From: Macrostomum hystrix
Taxonomy: Eukaryota > Animalia > Platyhelminthes
DNA length: 64,000 nucleotides
Direction of reading: 5' to 3'
NCBI GenBank assembly: GCA_950097015.1
Contig: CATNEN010000038.1
Location: 10,602,001-10,666,000, forward strand
Shown here: one piece after another, positions 1-13,011 of the stretch
Layout: each line of letters starts with the position of its first letter
Position numbering within the stretch: position 1 is the first letter of the stretch
Notes under the pieces: model-generated
Seen by the model: the letters and a program-made list of their open reading frames with translations, nothing else
Databases searched by the model: none
Told to the model about the DNA's origin: nothing
Position numbers and translations under genes: made by a program

Positions 1-370
1 CTTCATTGGGCCAAACAGATAAAAGTCAGTGATGGCAAGGTCTGGACTATAGGCTGAGTGCTTAAGTTGCTGGAAGCCAGCATGCAAGAAGGATGTCATA
101 ATTGGCTCTCTCTTGATCTGGATTTAAACACTTTTTATGGCTGATTCATCAAGTTGTTTGAGTGAGTAAAAATGTTTGCTGAAAAAGTGCAAGTCACTCT
201 GTGCTTAGTTTGATTTCATGCACTTCCCCAATGACATTCAAAATCAAAATGTATTTGGCTCATGCTTAGCTGCTTCATCATTTTTGGGAATAAACTTGAT
301 AAAACTTCCCTAATCAGCAAGTCTGGAACCCTTGTTCTTATTGAATGATTTGTGTTGCATGTTTTAAATA

Positions 371-1740
371 CTTCGGGTGTCCGGAAAGTCATGAGAATGT
401 GTTATTCTAACTACTTAGACACAAGCTATTGACAAGATACTGTACCATTCTAACACTTGACTTAATATATGTCTATGGCTGAAAGAGCTAGATTCTAGCT
501 TCAAATTTGGGGGTAAGGCTGATGGTTATAACTTAGAAGTCTAGGCCACTGCAACGCAGAGGCAAAGCAAGCATCTATCGTTACTTTTTTCTTCATTGAT
601 CCTTGCTGCTGCTTTGAGATGGACGAGTTTCAAGCTTATGCTTATACCAGGTATAAGCTTGGTATATGTGCTCCTGATTGCCATGGAGAACTGCTGAAAG
701 TGCATGGAGATGTGGCGCCAGGTCTGTCGTCAGTGTACCGATGGTACACAAGGTTCCGTGACGAGTCGTACCCACTGGCCCAAGCTGCCCGTACTGGCCG
801 GCCAAGATTGACGAGAACACCAGAGCTGATCGAGACCTGCAGAAATCTCGTGAAAGAAGACCCAAAAGTGACTGATAGAGATCTTGCTGACTTCATGGAG
901 GTTGGGAAATCAACAGTGCATGAAATATTGACTGAAGACCTGCAACTTCGCAATGTGTCTGCCGTGTGTCCCGCATGTTCTCTCCGAGGAGAACAAGGTT
1001 GCTCGCGTCAATTGTGCCAAGCAAATACGTCGGATTTTTCATACCGAGGGCATGACCAGCTTCTGCAACAAGTACGTGGTGGAGGACGAGACGTGGGTGT
1101 ACCTTAAAAACACTGGTACACGGCAGAACAACCGGTGCTGGCTGGGTCAAGGCGACCATCGACCTCAAGTTGTGAGACACTCAGTCGGGGACCCAAAGAC
1201 AATGCTGGTAGTCGCTTTCACCCCAAGCAAGAGATTCTCTATCATGTCAATGGCGCCAAAGCAGACTGTTGATGCCAATCGCATTGTTGAATTCGTTCGA
1301 CACACAGGTGACCTATGGCGGAGCCTCAGATCACAGCCAATTCATTTGTCCGAAGTCTTGTGGCAGTGGGACAACGCACAACCTCATGTGGCCCAGCCTG
1401 TGCAGCAGTACATGGAGACTCGTGGAGTTCAACTGCTTTTTCAGAGTCCCTACAGCCCTGATTTCAATTTATGCGACCGTTTTTTCTTCAATTGGCTGAA
1501 ATCGGACTTCTCGAAGCGGGAGTTCAGCAGCCACGATGAGGTCCGCGAGGCCGCGTTGCAGTGGGCGAGGGGTCTGGATGCAAACTGCTTGAAACGCGAG
1601 GTTCTACGGCTCGTGGAGCACTGCCAATCTGTGATTGACTTCAGGGGAAATTACATTACTGATTAGTAAAGTTTCACTGTTCTGCTCGTTTTTATAATTA
1701 ACCTTTTGTAGTTTTCTCATGACTTTCCGGACACCCGGAA
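371..1740 (+). mobile_element. Tc1/mariner DNA transposon (mariner, DD34D), full length 1370 bp
   Basis: 27-bp TIRs CTTCGGGTGTCCGGAAAGTCATGAGAA (371-397) and TTCTCATGACTTTCCGGACACCCGGAA (1714-1740, 2 mismatches near the tip); TA duplication at 369-370 and 1741-1742; transposase inside. Confidence 0.95.
619..1666 (+). pseudogene. Mariner transposase with one frameshift near 968
   Basis: ORF 619 carries the HTH region (VYRWYTRF, RTGRP); ORF 953 carries VEDETW, WDNAQPH and SPYSPDFNLCD, with 34 residues between the 2nd and 3rd Asp. Restoring 2 bp at ~968 gives the WVPHVL linker motif. Confidence 0.92.
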
Positions 1741-2806
1741 TAACTATAAGTTTTGCTCAGTATCTTTAATTACTAGCCTCATTACCATTCAGTAGAGCAG
1801 ATGTGTAAGGAATAGAGTAAAATTTTAGCACATTTGGACATTCTATTCCTGAACAGCGACCACAGTATAGAAAGTTTTGCAAAACAGTAGTAAAATAGGG
1901 TTCATGTGCTAAACACAAAAATTTTATATTTAGAAGGAGTTATCTAAGCAATATTAAAAATATTAAATCTACAATCTACAAGGGGTGTCTAAAAGTCCTC
2001 AAATAACTATTTTTGGCAGCTATCAGGTGGCAATAGTAACTGTGAGCAACTTGAGCAATACAGTAATACAGAAACTCTAATAGGGATAGGGTACTGCATC
2101 TCAATGCATGAATGTGACCTTGGAGGCTGCATACAGTTCTAGGAAACAATAGGTTAGTTGTCTTTTAAAAAGGTCAAATTTCTTCTTTAGTGGCAACTGA
2201 GACCTTTTCAACATTGTCACCTTTTAGTTAGATGCATTTTCTACTAGGCCTAGGTAAGCATCTTGTTGATAGGATCTATATATGCCTGCCTTGGAATTTT
2301 GTGCACAAGAACCATCACTTTACCTATCCATTTATTCTACTTTTTTCATTGTATAATTTGAAATAAAAGCCATGGCAAAATAAAATAAATAAGTTGAGCC
2401 TATTGCTAGGCCTATTTTCTGGCTGTTAAAAATATTTATACAAAAAGTCACCTTTCATAGCATAACTTTTACAAGTCCTTTACATTTTGCCCTATTGAAC
2501 CTGGCATTTTCATTACACAATCCCCTATGTAAAAGATACAACTATGTCTTTTTGCATTAATGAGGTATATTAAAGAAAAGACTTATTGATTTGCGGCATA
2601 TGTGTCATTTCCTTTGTTAAATTATTTTGACAACAGATTTGAATTTTTAGGCATGAAATATGATTGTTGCAGCAATAAACAAATGACTTTTGTTCAGGGG
2701 ACCCAATGGTGCACACTAACCTCATGGAGGGCACCTGGGCTCACACAAAGTGCAAATTCCACCAGATGTATAGAACCAGGGACTCCCTGTTCGAGATGCA
2801 CCTACA

Positions 2807-3046
2807 CATACATGCACAACACCCGGCCAAACTGGCCAGGTGAAACGAGGGCCAAGCAAGGTAAGTCGCAAAAACCAATCGACCAAGGGCAAAAAAATCA
2901 AAGGGGACCAAGGGACAAAAAAGGAAGGCGTGAAGAAAAGGAAAAAGGGGAGAGAAAAAGAGAGCAAATGATAGCAAACTAAGTAGTAAATAGAGCAAAA
3001 ACTAAGTTGCACGGCCAGCTAAGATTTGGGAGGTTGCGCATGTATG
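2807..3046 (+). mobile_element. hAT-type MITE, family 1, copy 1 (240 bp)
   Basis: 14-bp TIRs CATACATGCACAAC / GTTGCGCATGTATG; 8-bp TSD CACCTACA at 2799-2806 and 3047-3054; homologous to 16489-16760 in the opposite orientation. Confidence 0.9.
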
Positions 3047-5597
3047 CACCTACAGGAGTACCTGTGGAGCAGACAGTTTCTGTGCCCAGTGCTTGGAAGC
3101 TTCCTGTGGTGTGTTGCCCAGCAATATCCATTTTAAAAGAAGGTAAGAAGCTAACAATCAACCTGGCATTCATTCTTGTTAAATTTGTTATCCCCACTTG
3201 TTATTCATTGCTAAAATTACTTGCAGTTCTATTTTCTGAAAAGAAAATAATTTAACAAACAAAATGACACATATGCCTGATTTGCTATGAAACCATTATT
3301 TATCGTAGCTCTATATTAACCTTTGTTATAAAATCTTTTAGATATAGGAAATCTATTGAAAAGGATCTCATAACAAAGCTTTAGGTTTTTATCAATTTTG
3401 TAATACAATGCTAGGGACTCTAGTGAGCGAAAAAAATGGAAAAAATGAAAAAAGATAAAAAACAATGCTATGTTCTGATGAAAAAAGGACAAAAATGTTA
3501 TGTAAAGAAAATAAAGCCTACTATCAATAGAAAGAAGATAAAATTTACTTTACAACAAGTGTTTATACGCTATAATTAGTGCAAAAAAGTTATAAGGTGC
3601 CAAAATTTGTTTTTTAAGTATTCACTGTGTGAACAAAATTCAGAAAAAACTACCTTATGTTATGTACTTGTAGAACTTGAAAATTTTACTAATGCAATTG
3701 ATACTGAAATAAACAAATTAAAAATTAAGAAAGAGGATATAAAAATCTATATATCCTGTTCCATGTTCCTGTTCCAGACTGCTACCATGTTCCACTGTTT
3801 CGGTTTTGTTTGGTTACATTGTTATTTAACACGCCTGTTCAAAATTCAGTGTCAAAATAATTTACCGAACGGAAGTGTAGGATTGCTGCAAAAGCCTAAT
3901 GCTCAGAGAAGAATTAGAATAGGTAAGGACTTGAAAGTAGACCTATTCATACAAGCTGCCATGTGGATAAGCAGAAAATTATTGGCACGGATCTGTGTGG
4001 ACAAAATTGAAATTATCGGCACGGGACCATGGGAATAAGCACTTCCAACTTTTAACTCAGACAAGCAAGATCTGTAACATAAGAAAACCAAAAATATGGA
4101 TTTTTTTCAATTTCTCAATGGAGCCCCTAAAAATGCCCCAAATTATATGAAATTTATACATGTAAGTTAGGGATTCAATAACAAAAGTAAAATTAAAACA
4201 TCTGCCTCTACTACTAAGTAATGCATCTGCATTATCAATGTGAAATTAAAAAGGCAACATTAATTTGTAAGCCTGGCATCCCACTCACTTTTGTTTCAGC
4301 ATCACCTTTAAGTATAGGGGCCTAAACAATAGGCCCCTAGTGTTTTACCCATTGTGGGGAATCACTGGGGATCATATAGGCCCCTAACAAAATAAGAATA
4401 TAGAATATTTGCTTGTTCCTACACCACAATCTACTCACTCATGTTGCACAATCTGCACCTAATAAATTTTATATTTGGTGGATAGTGATATGAAATGGAT
4501 GAAAACCAAAAGTTTTTATGTGATCCCTTTCAATTTATTTCCTCCGTGTAAAAGATTGTATAGTAGGCCTACTATAGGCCTATGAAAGGGAATATAGTGT
4601 TCCATTTAATTGCTCAGTTTTGGTTTAACTAGGCCTAGACATTTCAAAGGAACACCATACGAAAATTGATTCAGTAGTAGTAGGCCTAACATTTAATATT
4701 TAATAAAGTTTAATAAAGTTTTGTCAGTTTTTTACTATTTGACTGTTTTATTTACACAGAAATTGTATAACGAAATCCCTAGGAATGGGGATCGTAAAAA
4801 TGTTTAACGTTAGGGCCTAATAGTTAATTAAATACAGTCTTTCTTTTTTCTCAGGGAGTAGGCCTATTTTTATTTGATACTGTTACACGGATGTCAATAT
4901 TGAACTGGAATTTTAGAGCCTACTATAGCCTATACTCTATAGGACAGGACTATAGCTAATTATATTATCTGAATGATTTTTAACGGCTCCTGTTCCTGTA
5001 ACCATATCCATATATGCTTTTATCTAAAATGACACATCAGTAACTTACTGCAGGCCTACAGTAGGGTCCGCTTTCTACTGCGTGCTTCTTATTAACCTGC
5101 TTGCTTACCGCTCTACCAGCGAATCTTGGGCGTATCTAACTTAACGCAAATTTGTGCAAAGTGAACGAGTCTAAATTTAAATAGTTTATATATATTTGTC
5201 GTAAATTACGTGCAAATTATAATAACCACAGATCTTGCAAAGTAAGTTCTGTGATAATAACAATAAAATTGTATCTCAGGTAGCAACAATTTAAATGTCC
5301 GACGGTTCGAAATAAGCATAGAATAATAAGTCATGCGAAAGCTCTGCATATGCCTTTAAAACTAGTTTTTTTTCGAAACAAGTAATCTTTAAAAATTAAA
5401 ATTTATTTGCTGTATGAAAGAGTATATTCGTGTAACTGTATTGAGTTTGAACTGTAAATCTAGTTAAGTGAGCACTAATTGATTTAATTTGAATGAAAAT
5501 GGAAGAGGATAAACATTATGTGGTCAACTGAAAAACAGTGCAACAGTTGGGGAAAGTCCAGTAAAATTGGTATTGCTTCAAGCATACAAAAATGTAA

Positions 5598-6429
5598 TCA
5601 TTCGCAGCTATCTCCAGAAGCAGCGCTTGAGGCGGAAGCGGCTGCCTTTTTAAGCGCGGAGACCAAACGACTGCTGCCGCCCATCAGTCGAGACAAAGCC
5701 GATGGTGGGGGAAGGGGGGTCTGTGGTTGGTGATTAATTGATAGCGAATTGGCCGACAAAGGCGACAATGATGACAGCGCTGAAGAAGACACTGAAGTAT
5801 GATGTGAACGCCTATATTGTTGTCGTCCACCAAGCATAGAATATTTTTCGTTTACCACCGTAAAACCAGGAATGATGAAGCCCTAAAAAATTCAAGTGCA
5901 TTTTAGCGTCGAGTCTACTGAATTTTTGCATTGAAACAAGTACAAGTACATAATTTTGTTCCTAAAGTGCTGTGCAGCTTACCCCATCCTCCGGATCTAC
6001 AATCAGCAGATCGCAGTCGTCTTGGTTAGCCAACTCAGCAACACAGAAGCCCGAATCATCAATCCTATCATCAAGCGACTCCAACTTAATTCGCTTAGCC
6101 GCAAACTGAGGTGGATAATCATTTATCGCCGGTGCCTCAGGTGCAGACGGACTTGAAGCTAGCGATCCACAGATTATTTCTGACTCCAGAGCGACACAGT
6201 CCAGCCCAGCTTCCTGATTCTCATATTCTGTTAGCGACTCTTTAGCCTCAATGTTTTCGAGCCGACGGTCAACGACAATAGATGGCATGGCTTGGAGCAG
6301 CTGATTTTGTAGCTGCATGGTTAGTCGCAATGCAACCAGAAGATCCGATTGGCCCATGCCGGTCACGACTGAAGATGCGTCGGATAGGCCACTTTGGAAA
6401 CTGGCCAGTCTCTCGGAATAACGTTTCAT
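5598..6429 (-). CDS. Uncharacterised 243-aa protein, 2 exons (6429-5983, 5882-5598)
   Basis: ATG at 6429; phase-0 intron GTAAGC...TTTTTTAG joins ORFs 5962..6432 and 5598..5858; N-terminal motif aligns without gaps to the 750-aa neighbour; AAKRIKLE is NLS/SUMO-like. Confidence 0.65.
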
Positions 6430-6899
6430 CACTAGGATATCTATTGCTGTGTTCTGGTATAGCTAAAAATGTTTCACTTTCGAGTTTTGCCCAGCAGGCT
6501 CTATGGGAATTAATTAAATCAAGACGCACAACTGCATGGCCTGGGCATAGAGAAATTGATGCTACTTGGGGGGATAATGAGTTTGGCCATAGACAAAAAG
6601 TTTCAGTATGCTGTAGCTCACTGCTTTCGGAACAGAGAAAGTATAATAAATTTCATTGCATTCTTTATCGTCTATGGCAAAAATAACTAGAGTATGTAGG
6701 GTGGCTAGAATTAATCCACAAAAGCTCACTAAATAACGCGACCTGGCGCGGATTGGTTGCTGGAGGCCATAGACTTCAAACAAAATATTACAATTTTTAA
6801 GCTAGGATAGCGAATTTGCGGAATTTATGGTTTCACAAAAACACATTTCTAAGCAGAAAAAACTGAATAATAACCTTAGTTGCATGTTGTGTGCTTTTG

Positions 6900-7575
6900 A
6901 GGATATCAGACCCTAGCTATGCAGGAAGGAGGGTGTCAGACCCTAGCAATGCAGGAAGGAAGGTGTCAGACCCTAGCTATGCAGGAAGGAAGGTGTCAGA
7001 CCCTAGCAATGCAGGAAGGAGGGTGTCAGACCCTAGCAATGCAGGAAGGAAGGTGTCAGACCCTAGCAATGCAGGAAGGAAGGTGTCAGACCCTAGCTAT
7101 GCAGGAAAGAGGGTGTCAGACCCTAGCTATGCAGGAAGGAGGGTGTCAGACCCTAGCTATGCAGGAAGGTGTCAGACCCTAGCAATGCAGGAAGGAAGAT
7201 GTCAGACCCTAGCAATGCAGGAAGGAGGGTGTCAGACGCTAGCAATGCAGGAAGGAAGGTGTCAGACCCTAGCTATGCATAAATGAGGGTGTCAGACCCT
7301 AGCTATGCAGAAAGGAGGATATCAGACCCTAGCTATGCAGAAAGGAGGATATCAGACCCTAGCTATGCAGAAATGAGGATATCAGACCCTAGCTATGCAG
7401 AAATGAGGGTGTCAGACCCTAGCTATGCAAGGAGGATATCAGACCCTAGCTATGCAGAAAGGAGGGTGTCAGACCCTAGCTATGCAAGAAGGAGGATATC
7501 AGACCCTAGCTATAAAGGAGGATATCAGACCCTAGCTATAAAGGAGGATATCAGACCCTAGCTATAAAGGAAGAA
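6900..7575. repeat. Minisatellite, ~30-bp unit GTGTCAGACCCTAGCTATGCAGGAAGGAAG
   Basis: Direct tandem periodicity; units shorten to ~24-27 bp at the 3' end. Confidence 0.95.
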
Positions 7576-8384
7576 GGGTTTCAAGCGTCAGTATTGAGTG
7601 TTTAAAAGTATTAATTATCGAAGGATCAAAGAGAACAAAAATATAGATAAAAAATAATGAGTGCACATTAACATGAAAATTCCAATGCAATAGAACTTAG
7701 TGTCAATGAACAAATCGTTAACATGTCTGGTAGCAGTGTATGCTATATTCATGTATTTGGTTTGATAATAACTTCAATTATCAACAGCAAGTTACGCTTT
7801 CAAGTTGCAGCCTATTGTTTAGTGGGTCACTGCTAATTACCTGAGCATATAACAGCAACAAAAAAAGGACCTGGGTTTTTTCGATTTTCCTTGATGCAAA
7901 AGTATGGCGGGAAGTTATGAAAAAAATTACAAGTTTATTAAAGCTATTATGCAACTAATGGCTAGATTGTTAAAAGCATTAGATTCGATGTGTGCGTAAG
8001 AAAAGAACAAAGGAAAGAGCCCCAGTACAAAGGGTTTACGTATTGTTGGATGCATCAACAATTGAAACTATATACAATTGTTTGGGTGTTAAATAGAGTT
8101 AAGGGTTATGCTCAGTCTATATTAATAAGTCAAAATGCTGTGTATTATGACTTTCAAAAAATTACAATAATAAAAGTTACTACACATTACTCAACTAGAC
8201 CAAAGAAATAAACCATTGCTTGTGGAAATTGAGACCTAGGCAGCATGCTAAGCGATGTCCTTCATTATTTATAGGTTTCGATAATATCAGACAAATGAAT
8301 GGCAAAACATAGGTAAATTTGAGGTAAGTAATAAGCTAACTAAATAAATTCGATGCAGATGCAGATGCAGGCATGAACAGAGAC

Positions 8385-8810
8385 TCAGAGAGAAATCTCT
8401 GTGAGGTTATGAGAACAAGAGGGAGATAGAGATCTCTATGTGAGACTGGGAGAACAAGAGAGATCTCTGTGAGATTGGGAGAACAAGCGAGATCTCTGTG
8501 AGATTGGGAGAACAAGAGAGATCTCTGTGAGATTGGGAGAACAAGAGAGATCTCTGTGAGATTGGGAGAACAAGAGAGATCTCTGTGAGATTGGGAGAAC
8601 AAGAGGGAGAGAGAGATCTCTATGTGAGACTGGGAGAACAAGAGAGATCTCTGTGAGATTGGGAGAACAAGCGAGATCTCTGTGAGATTGGGAGAACAAG
8701 AGAGATCTCTGTGAGATTGGGAGAACAAGAGAGATCTCTGTGAGATTGGGAGAACAAGAGAGATCTCTGTGAGATTGGGAGAACAAGAGAGAAATCTCAG
8801 TGAGTCTGGA
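8385..8810. repeat. Minisatellite, 29-bp unit GAGATCTCTGTGAGATTGGGAGAACAAGA
   Basis: Direct tandem periodicity. Confidence 0.95.
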
Positions 8811-9408
8811 GGACAAAAAAGGATGCAAATCTCAGCTAAAATTTCAGGAATAAATAAGCTAGTTCCAAGGAAGAACGGAAAATTGTGACAGTTGCAAAAA
8901 CCCTGGTAAACATTTAAATTGCGATGTTAAAAAACCTAGGTGAATGAAAGCACAGATAGTGCAACTAAATATTTATAAAAATTAGTTAATAATAAAAGTT
9001 AATAATAATACATTAACTCAAACTAAATACCTCAAAGAGAGCAAAACGAATATGTAATATATTCTCAGGAAAAAACTAAGGGAAAAATTTAGACTGTGAC
9101 CCTGCTAAGTAAACTTCTCACGCAATGAGGATTGACAATAGAACAAATACGCAAAGAACTATATGCACACAACTGATGGCTAGGCTTTGAATAAACATGT
9201 ACAACACTAATGGACATCCGAACTAGACACTTAATACAGTGTTATAACTACAGCATATATGACTACATGGGACGATTTGTTAAAAAAATGCCAAACGGAG
9301 AACTGGAAAACAACAATATACACATAGGCCAACAATACTACTAACTAGCTGTTTTAAATAAGTAGCGAGATAAGGCCAGTGGGGCTAGTCGGGACTGTCT
9401 GGTCGGGC

Positions 9409-9931
9409 CTAGGATGCGTTGAGCTGATCAGAGGCGCCAGAATGATTGGCAATGCTGCTGCTGTTGTCTGATTCAGTTTGTACAGCATCGGATGCTGACA
9501 AATCCGCAGCAGAATCAGCAATGCCCAATCGGGATGAAGACTGCTGCTGCTGCTGCTGTTGCTGCACTTCATCTTGATCACCAGTTTCACCAATGCCGCC
9601 GCTATCAAAAGCATCACTGCCATTGACATTAGCAATCGAAGCATCTTTACTGTTGCTATGGTTATTGTTATTTCCGTTGCTATCAACGTCTGGCGCAACG
9701 CTGGCTGGCGGCTCCAGCTCCATCAGCAGAGGCAGGTGCATCTGTTGCAGGCAGTAGCCGTCGTCAAGGCTGCCGGAGCCGCCGCCGCCGCCACCGCCGA
9801 ATGTAGCCTCAGATTTAACAATGGCGGATAACATCGAGTCGGAGCTGGCGCAGCCACTGCCGCCGCCAACGGACGTATCGTCTGAGCTGGAATGAGGAGG
9901 CTGCTGCTGCTGCTGCTGCTGCTGACGCGGC

Positions 9932-9964
<33 letters not shown>

Positions 9965-11661
9965 TGTGGCAAACGCGGCGATAAAACTAGCGGCGGTATA
10001 AGGTCGTGAGTTGGCGAGCTAGCAAGATTAACCAAGCTCGACATTGGCTGCATCGGTGACTGCATCTGCATTGGCGGCGCCTGAGACATCAGGGCGTAGG
10101 CCTGGCGTCGCCGACTGCCAGTCGGATCGACGTCGGCTATGACAGCTTCGGCCTGACGATAGAGTCGAGGCCGTTCGCGCGGCGGACAATGAAACCAGGT
10201 CTGCAGCAGGCGATTGTCGAATTCGCGATCAGGAGCGGCTAAACAATTCGGCCGGTGCAGCAGGTACTGGGACGTGCGAAATCGGTGAAACATTAGCCTG
10301 TCCTGCTGTTGGCCCTGGTGCTCGGCGCTGTCAAGATCGCAAGATCTCTGCGGCTGAGACGGCTGCGGTCGATATTGCTGCTGCTGCTGCTGCTGCTGCT
10401 GGGGTGGCTGCAGTGGATGAGGAGGCAGCGGATGGCTTTGATGGGGTGGCTGGAATGGCAAGCCGAGAGGCGACTGTGTCGGTCGAAAGCAGCCAGGATT
10501 AGCGCCCGGATTGGAGCCAGGATTAGGGCCAACCCCAGCAGCGGCGGCTGCTGCGGCAGCGACTGCAGCAGCAGCAGCCGCAGCGGAAGAAGCCGGAATT
10601 TTGCCAGGCGACATAGAATTTCTGCTTTGCTGCTGCTGCTGCTGATGCGCTAGTGCATGCGGAGGAATCGGATGAGAATGACCTGGCTGCTGCTGCTGCT
10701 GCTGATGCTGATGCTGATGATAGGGTGGTGGAGTTGGGCGCAGTTGATGATGCGGCGACATCTGCGGTGGCGGCCTCTGCGACGGCTGCATGCCGGGCGG
10801 CAGGGAGAAAGGAAATCGCGTTATATTGGACCCTGATTGAGCTGCGGCTGTCAACTGCGGTGACGGCGGCAAAGGAGGCCGAACAAGGCCGCTGATGGAG
10901 CCTTGAGCCGGATGATGAGATATTGTCTGGGGCTGCTGTGCAAACTGTGCGCGATGCTGCATCTGTTGCATCTGTTGCATTTGTTGCATCTGCTGCATCT
11001 GTTGAAGATGCTGCAGTGGAGGTGGCGGCAGCCGAGGCTGATTCGAACTGAAGCCGGGCATAGCGTGCATCGGGTGCGGAGCCGGAGGTCGCTGCAGACT
11101 CGCAGCCGCCGATGAGGCTGTCGCAGGCGGCTCCTGTTGCTCAAGACGGGGCGTTTTTGATGCCGGCTCGGCGGCGAGGTCTGGCACGCTGTTTGACCGC
11201 TTGATGCCCATGGCTAAACTGGCTTGGCAGATGCCACTGCCGCTGGAGGACATCGGTGGTTGCTGCGACTGCGGCGGCTGATGACCTACCGGATTTGGCT
11301 GCGCCTGCCGCTGCTGCTGTTGATGCTGCGGATGCCGAGTCTGCTGCGGCGGCCTGTGTTGGTACTGCTCCCGCTGATGATGATGTGACGAAAGTGTGTG
11401 CGCTGCCGTTGGCGCAGGTGGCGGCTGCGGCGGGGGCTGATGCTGCTGCTGCTGCTGCACGAGCATTTGCAGCGAGCGGCCACACCTCGGCAATAAGATG
11501 CTGAGAGCTCGGTCCTGAAGAGTGTGAATAGTTCGCACAGCCTCCAGAAGTTGCAGCTCGGATAGCTGGCTAAGCAGCATGCTAGCATTCTGGATGGTGC
11601 TCTGGAATAGCACCAGTCCGCGACCGCCTGGGGCTGCGGCTGCTGCTGCCGCTGCGGCCAT
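9409..11661 (-). CDS. Intronless 750-aa Q/P/H-rich putative transcriptional regulator with a degenerate HMG-box-like domain
   Basis: Long GC-rich ORF with polyA and polyQ tracts; globular island LMFHRFRTSQYLLHRPNCLAAPDREFDNRLLQTWFHCPPRERPRLYRQAE follows the HMG-box pattern F..F...P...E...L...W....E+.....AE; upstream acceptor CTGACTAATCAATCCGCAG ending at 11806. Confidence 0.8.
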
Positions 11662-11869
11662 GCGGTGTTGCTACAACAATTCCACTTATTAGGTCGAAAT
11701 CAATACCGTCGACTGAGCTAGCGGGTTAATCTAGTAGATTAGCTCAGAGTCTCGTCTTCTTCGTCTCCGTCGGATGTATCGCTGCGGGTTTAGAATTCTG
11801 GAAACCTGCGGATTGATTAGTCAGAAAGATGCGCACACGAATAGCTTGACATTGGATTTTTGTTTATAC

Positions 11870-12010
11870 GTTCCAGCATACGCTGGGGTAATTGAGGGCA
11901 GCGTCCCCCCAGTCCATGGACTGAACAGCCGTACCCAGCCTTTAGAAGGCTGGGGCTGTTCAGTTGGCTGCACGTGTGGCCGTATCTGGGCAGGCGTAAT
12001 AAACTATTCA
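11870..12010 (+). mobile_element. SINE family B, 3' fragment
   Basis: GGGGTAATTGAGGG...CCCCCAGTCCATGGACTGAACAGCC is shared with 55316-55502 and, inverted, with 53781-54094 and 45190-45395. Confidence 0.75.
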
Positions 12011-12114
12011 CTTTTATCAGTTCAAGTACTTAGAATCTATGAGAAAGATAATTGCCTATTTATTGCTGTCTAATCGGCTGATTCCCAGCCGTGTTTAGTA
12101 TCGTTGTTGCTACG

Positions 12115-12240
12115 GGGCTGGCCCTCATGGCCGTAATTTGCACTACAAGACCCCCCAGAGCCTTCTGTCTGAAAATAGCGGCGGATTCGATCTTAAAACC
12201 TTAGAGCAAGAGCTTGACTCGATACCATTCGTCACTCCCC
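12115..12240 (-). mobile_element. Diverged relative of SINE family A, 5' fragment
   Basis: Reverse complement has a tRNA-like head and GGGGGTCTTGTAGTGCAAATTACGGCCATGAGGGCCA, resembling family A GGGGGCTTGTCGTGCAATTTACGCCCTTGAGGGCCA. Confidence 0.5.
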
Positions 12241-13011
12241 TATCCTATCGTCTAATAGCTACACAAAAGAGTAATATAAGGAGAGCCGACGTATGCTTAT
12301 TAAAGCTCTGTCATTAAATAATCAAAACTATACTTTAATGTCCGCAAAGCTCTACTATTCAAAGTAGTAAGTAGCTAGTATTAAAAATCAAGATTCCAGT
12401 GAAACAAAATTAAAAAATTGAAACTCGCATTAAAAATGTTAGCAAAAATGCTGTAGAAATATCATAGAAATTTCAAATAGACCGCCAAATTAAAGTAGGA
12501 AAAATCATGATTAGAATAAAAATGCTTTGCCAAATAAGCGGGGCAAATCAGAAGCAACAGCGGTTGAATGAAAATTGGTGCTAGCAAAAAAGTTGCTGTT
12601 CAGTAAAAGAAGGCTAATTATTGAAGTTAATGAGAATAGATAATTAAGCTACACATAATGTCAATACAAACAGACCGGCTTTTTCGAGCATTATTGGCAG
12701 TAATACTCCGAAAAGCCGACCCAAACAATCATTGACCAACGATACATTTTTCTAGGTCACTTTCATTAATGATAGCAAAAGTTTTAAGCAAGTCATTTAG
12801 TAAGTCTTGTCATTTAGCGGGCATTTATGAAAATCATTAAAACCTTATCGTTGGTCAGTGAACGTAAAAGGCACACATTTGTTCAATTGCTTTTTGTGCC
12901 TAAAATCTATATTTTTTATGAAAGTAAAATTTAGATAAAACTATTTGTATTAAAAAACAGATCGTCTTTTGTCCGGCCTCACTTAAGAAGCTAAAAGCTA
13001 AAATCACCCTG

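Noticed and set aside
6440-6783. Additional upstream coding exons for the 243-aa gene
   Set aside because: Short ORFs in different frames without a convincing donor, and the shared domain already starts at the 6429 ATG as in its paralogue.
6900-8810. CRISPR-like arrays (29-30-bp repeats)
   Set aside because: Units are contiguous with no unique spacers, no cas genes, and the context is eukaryotic.
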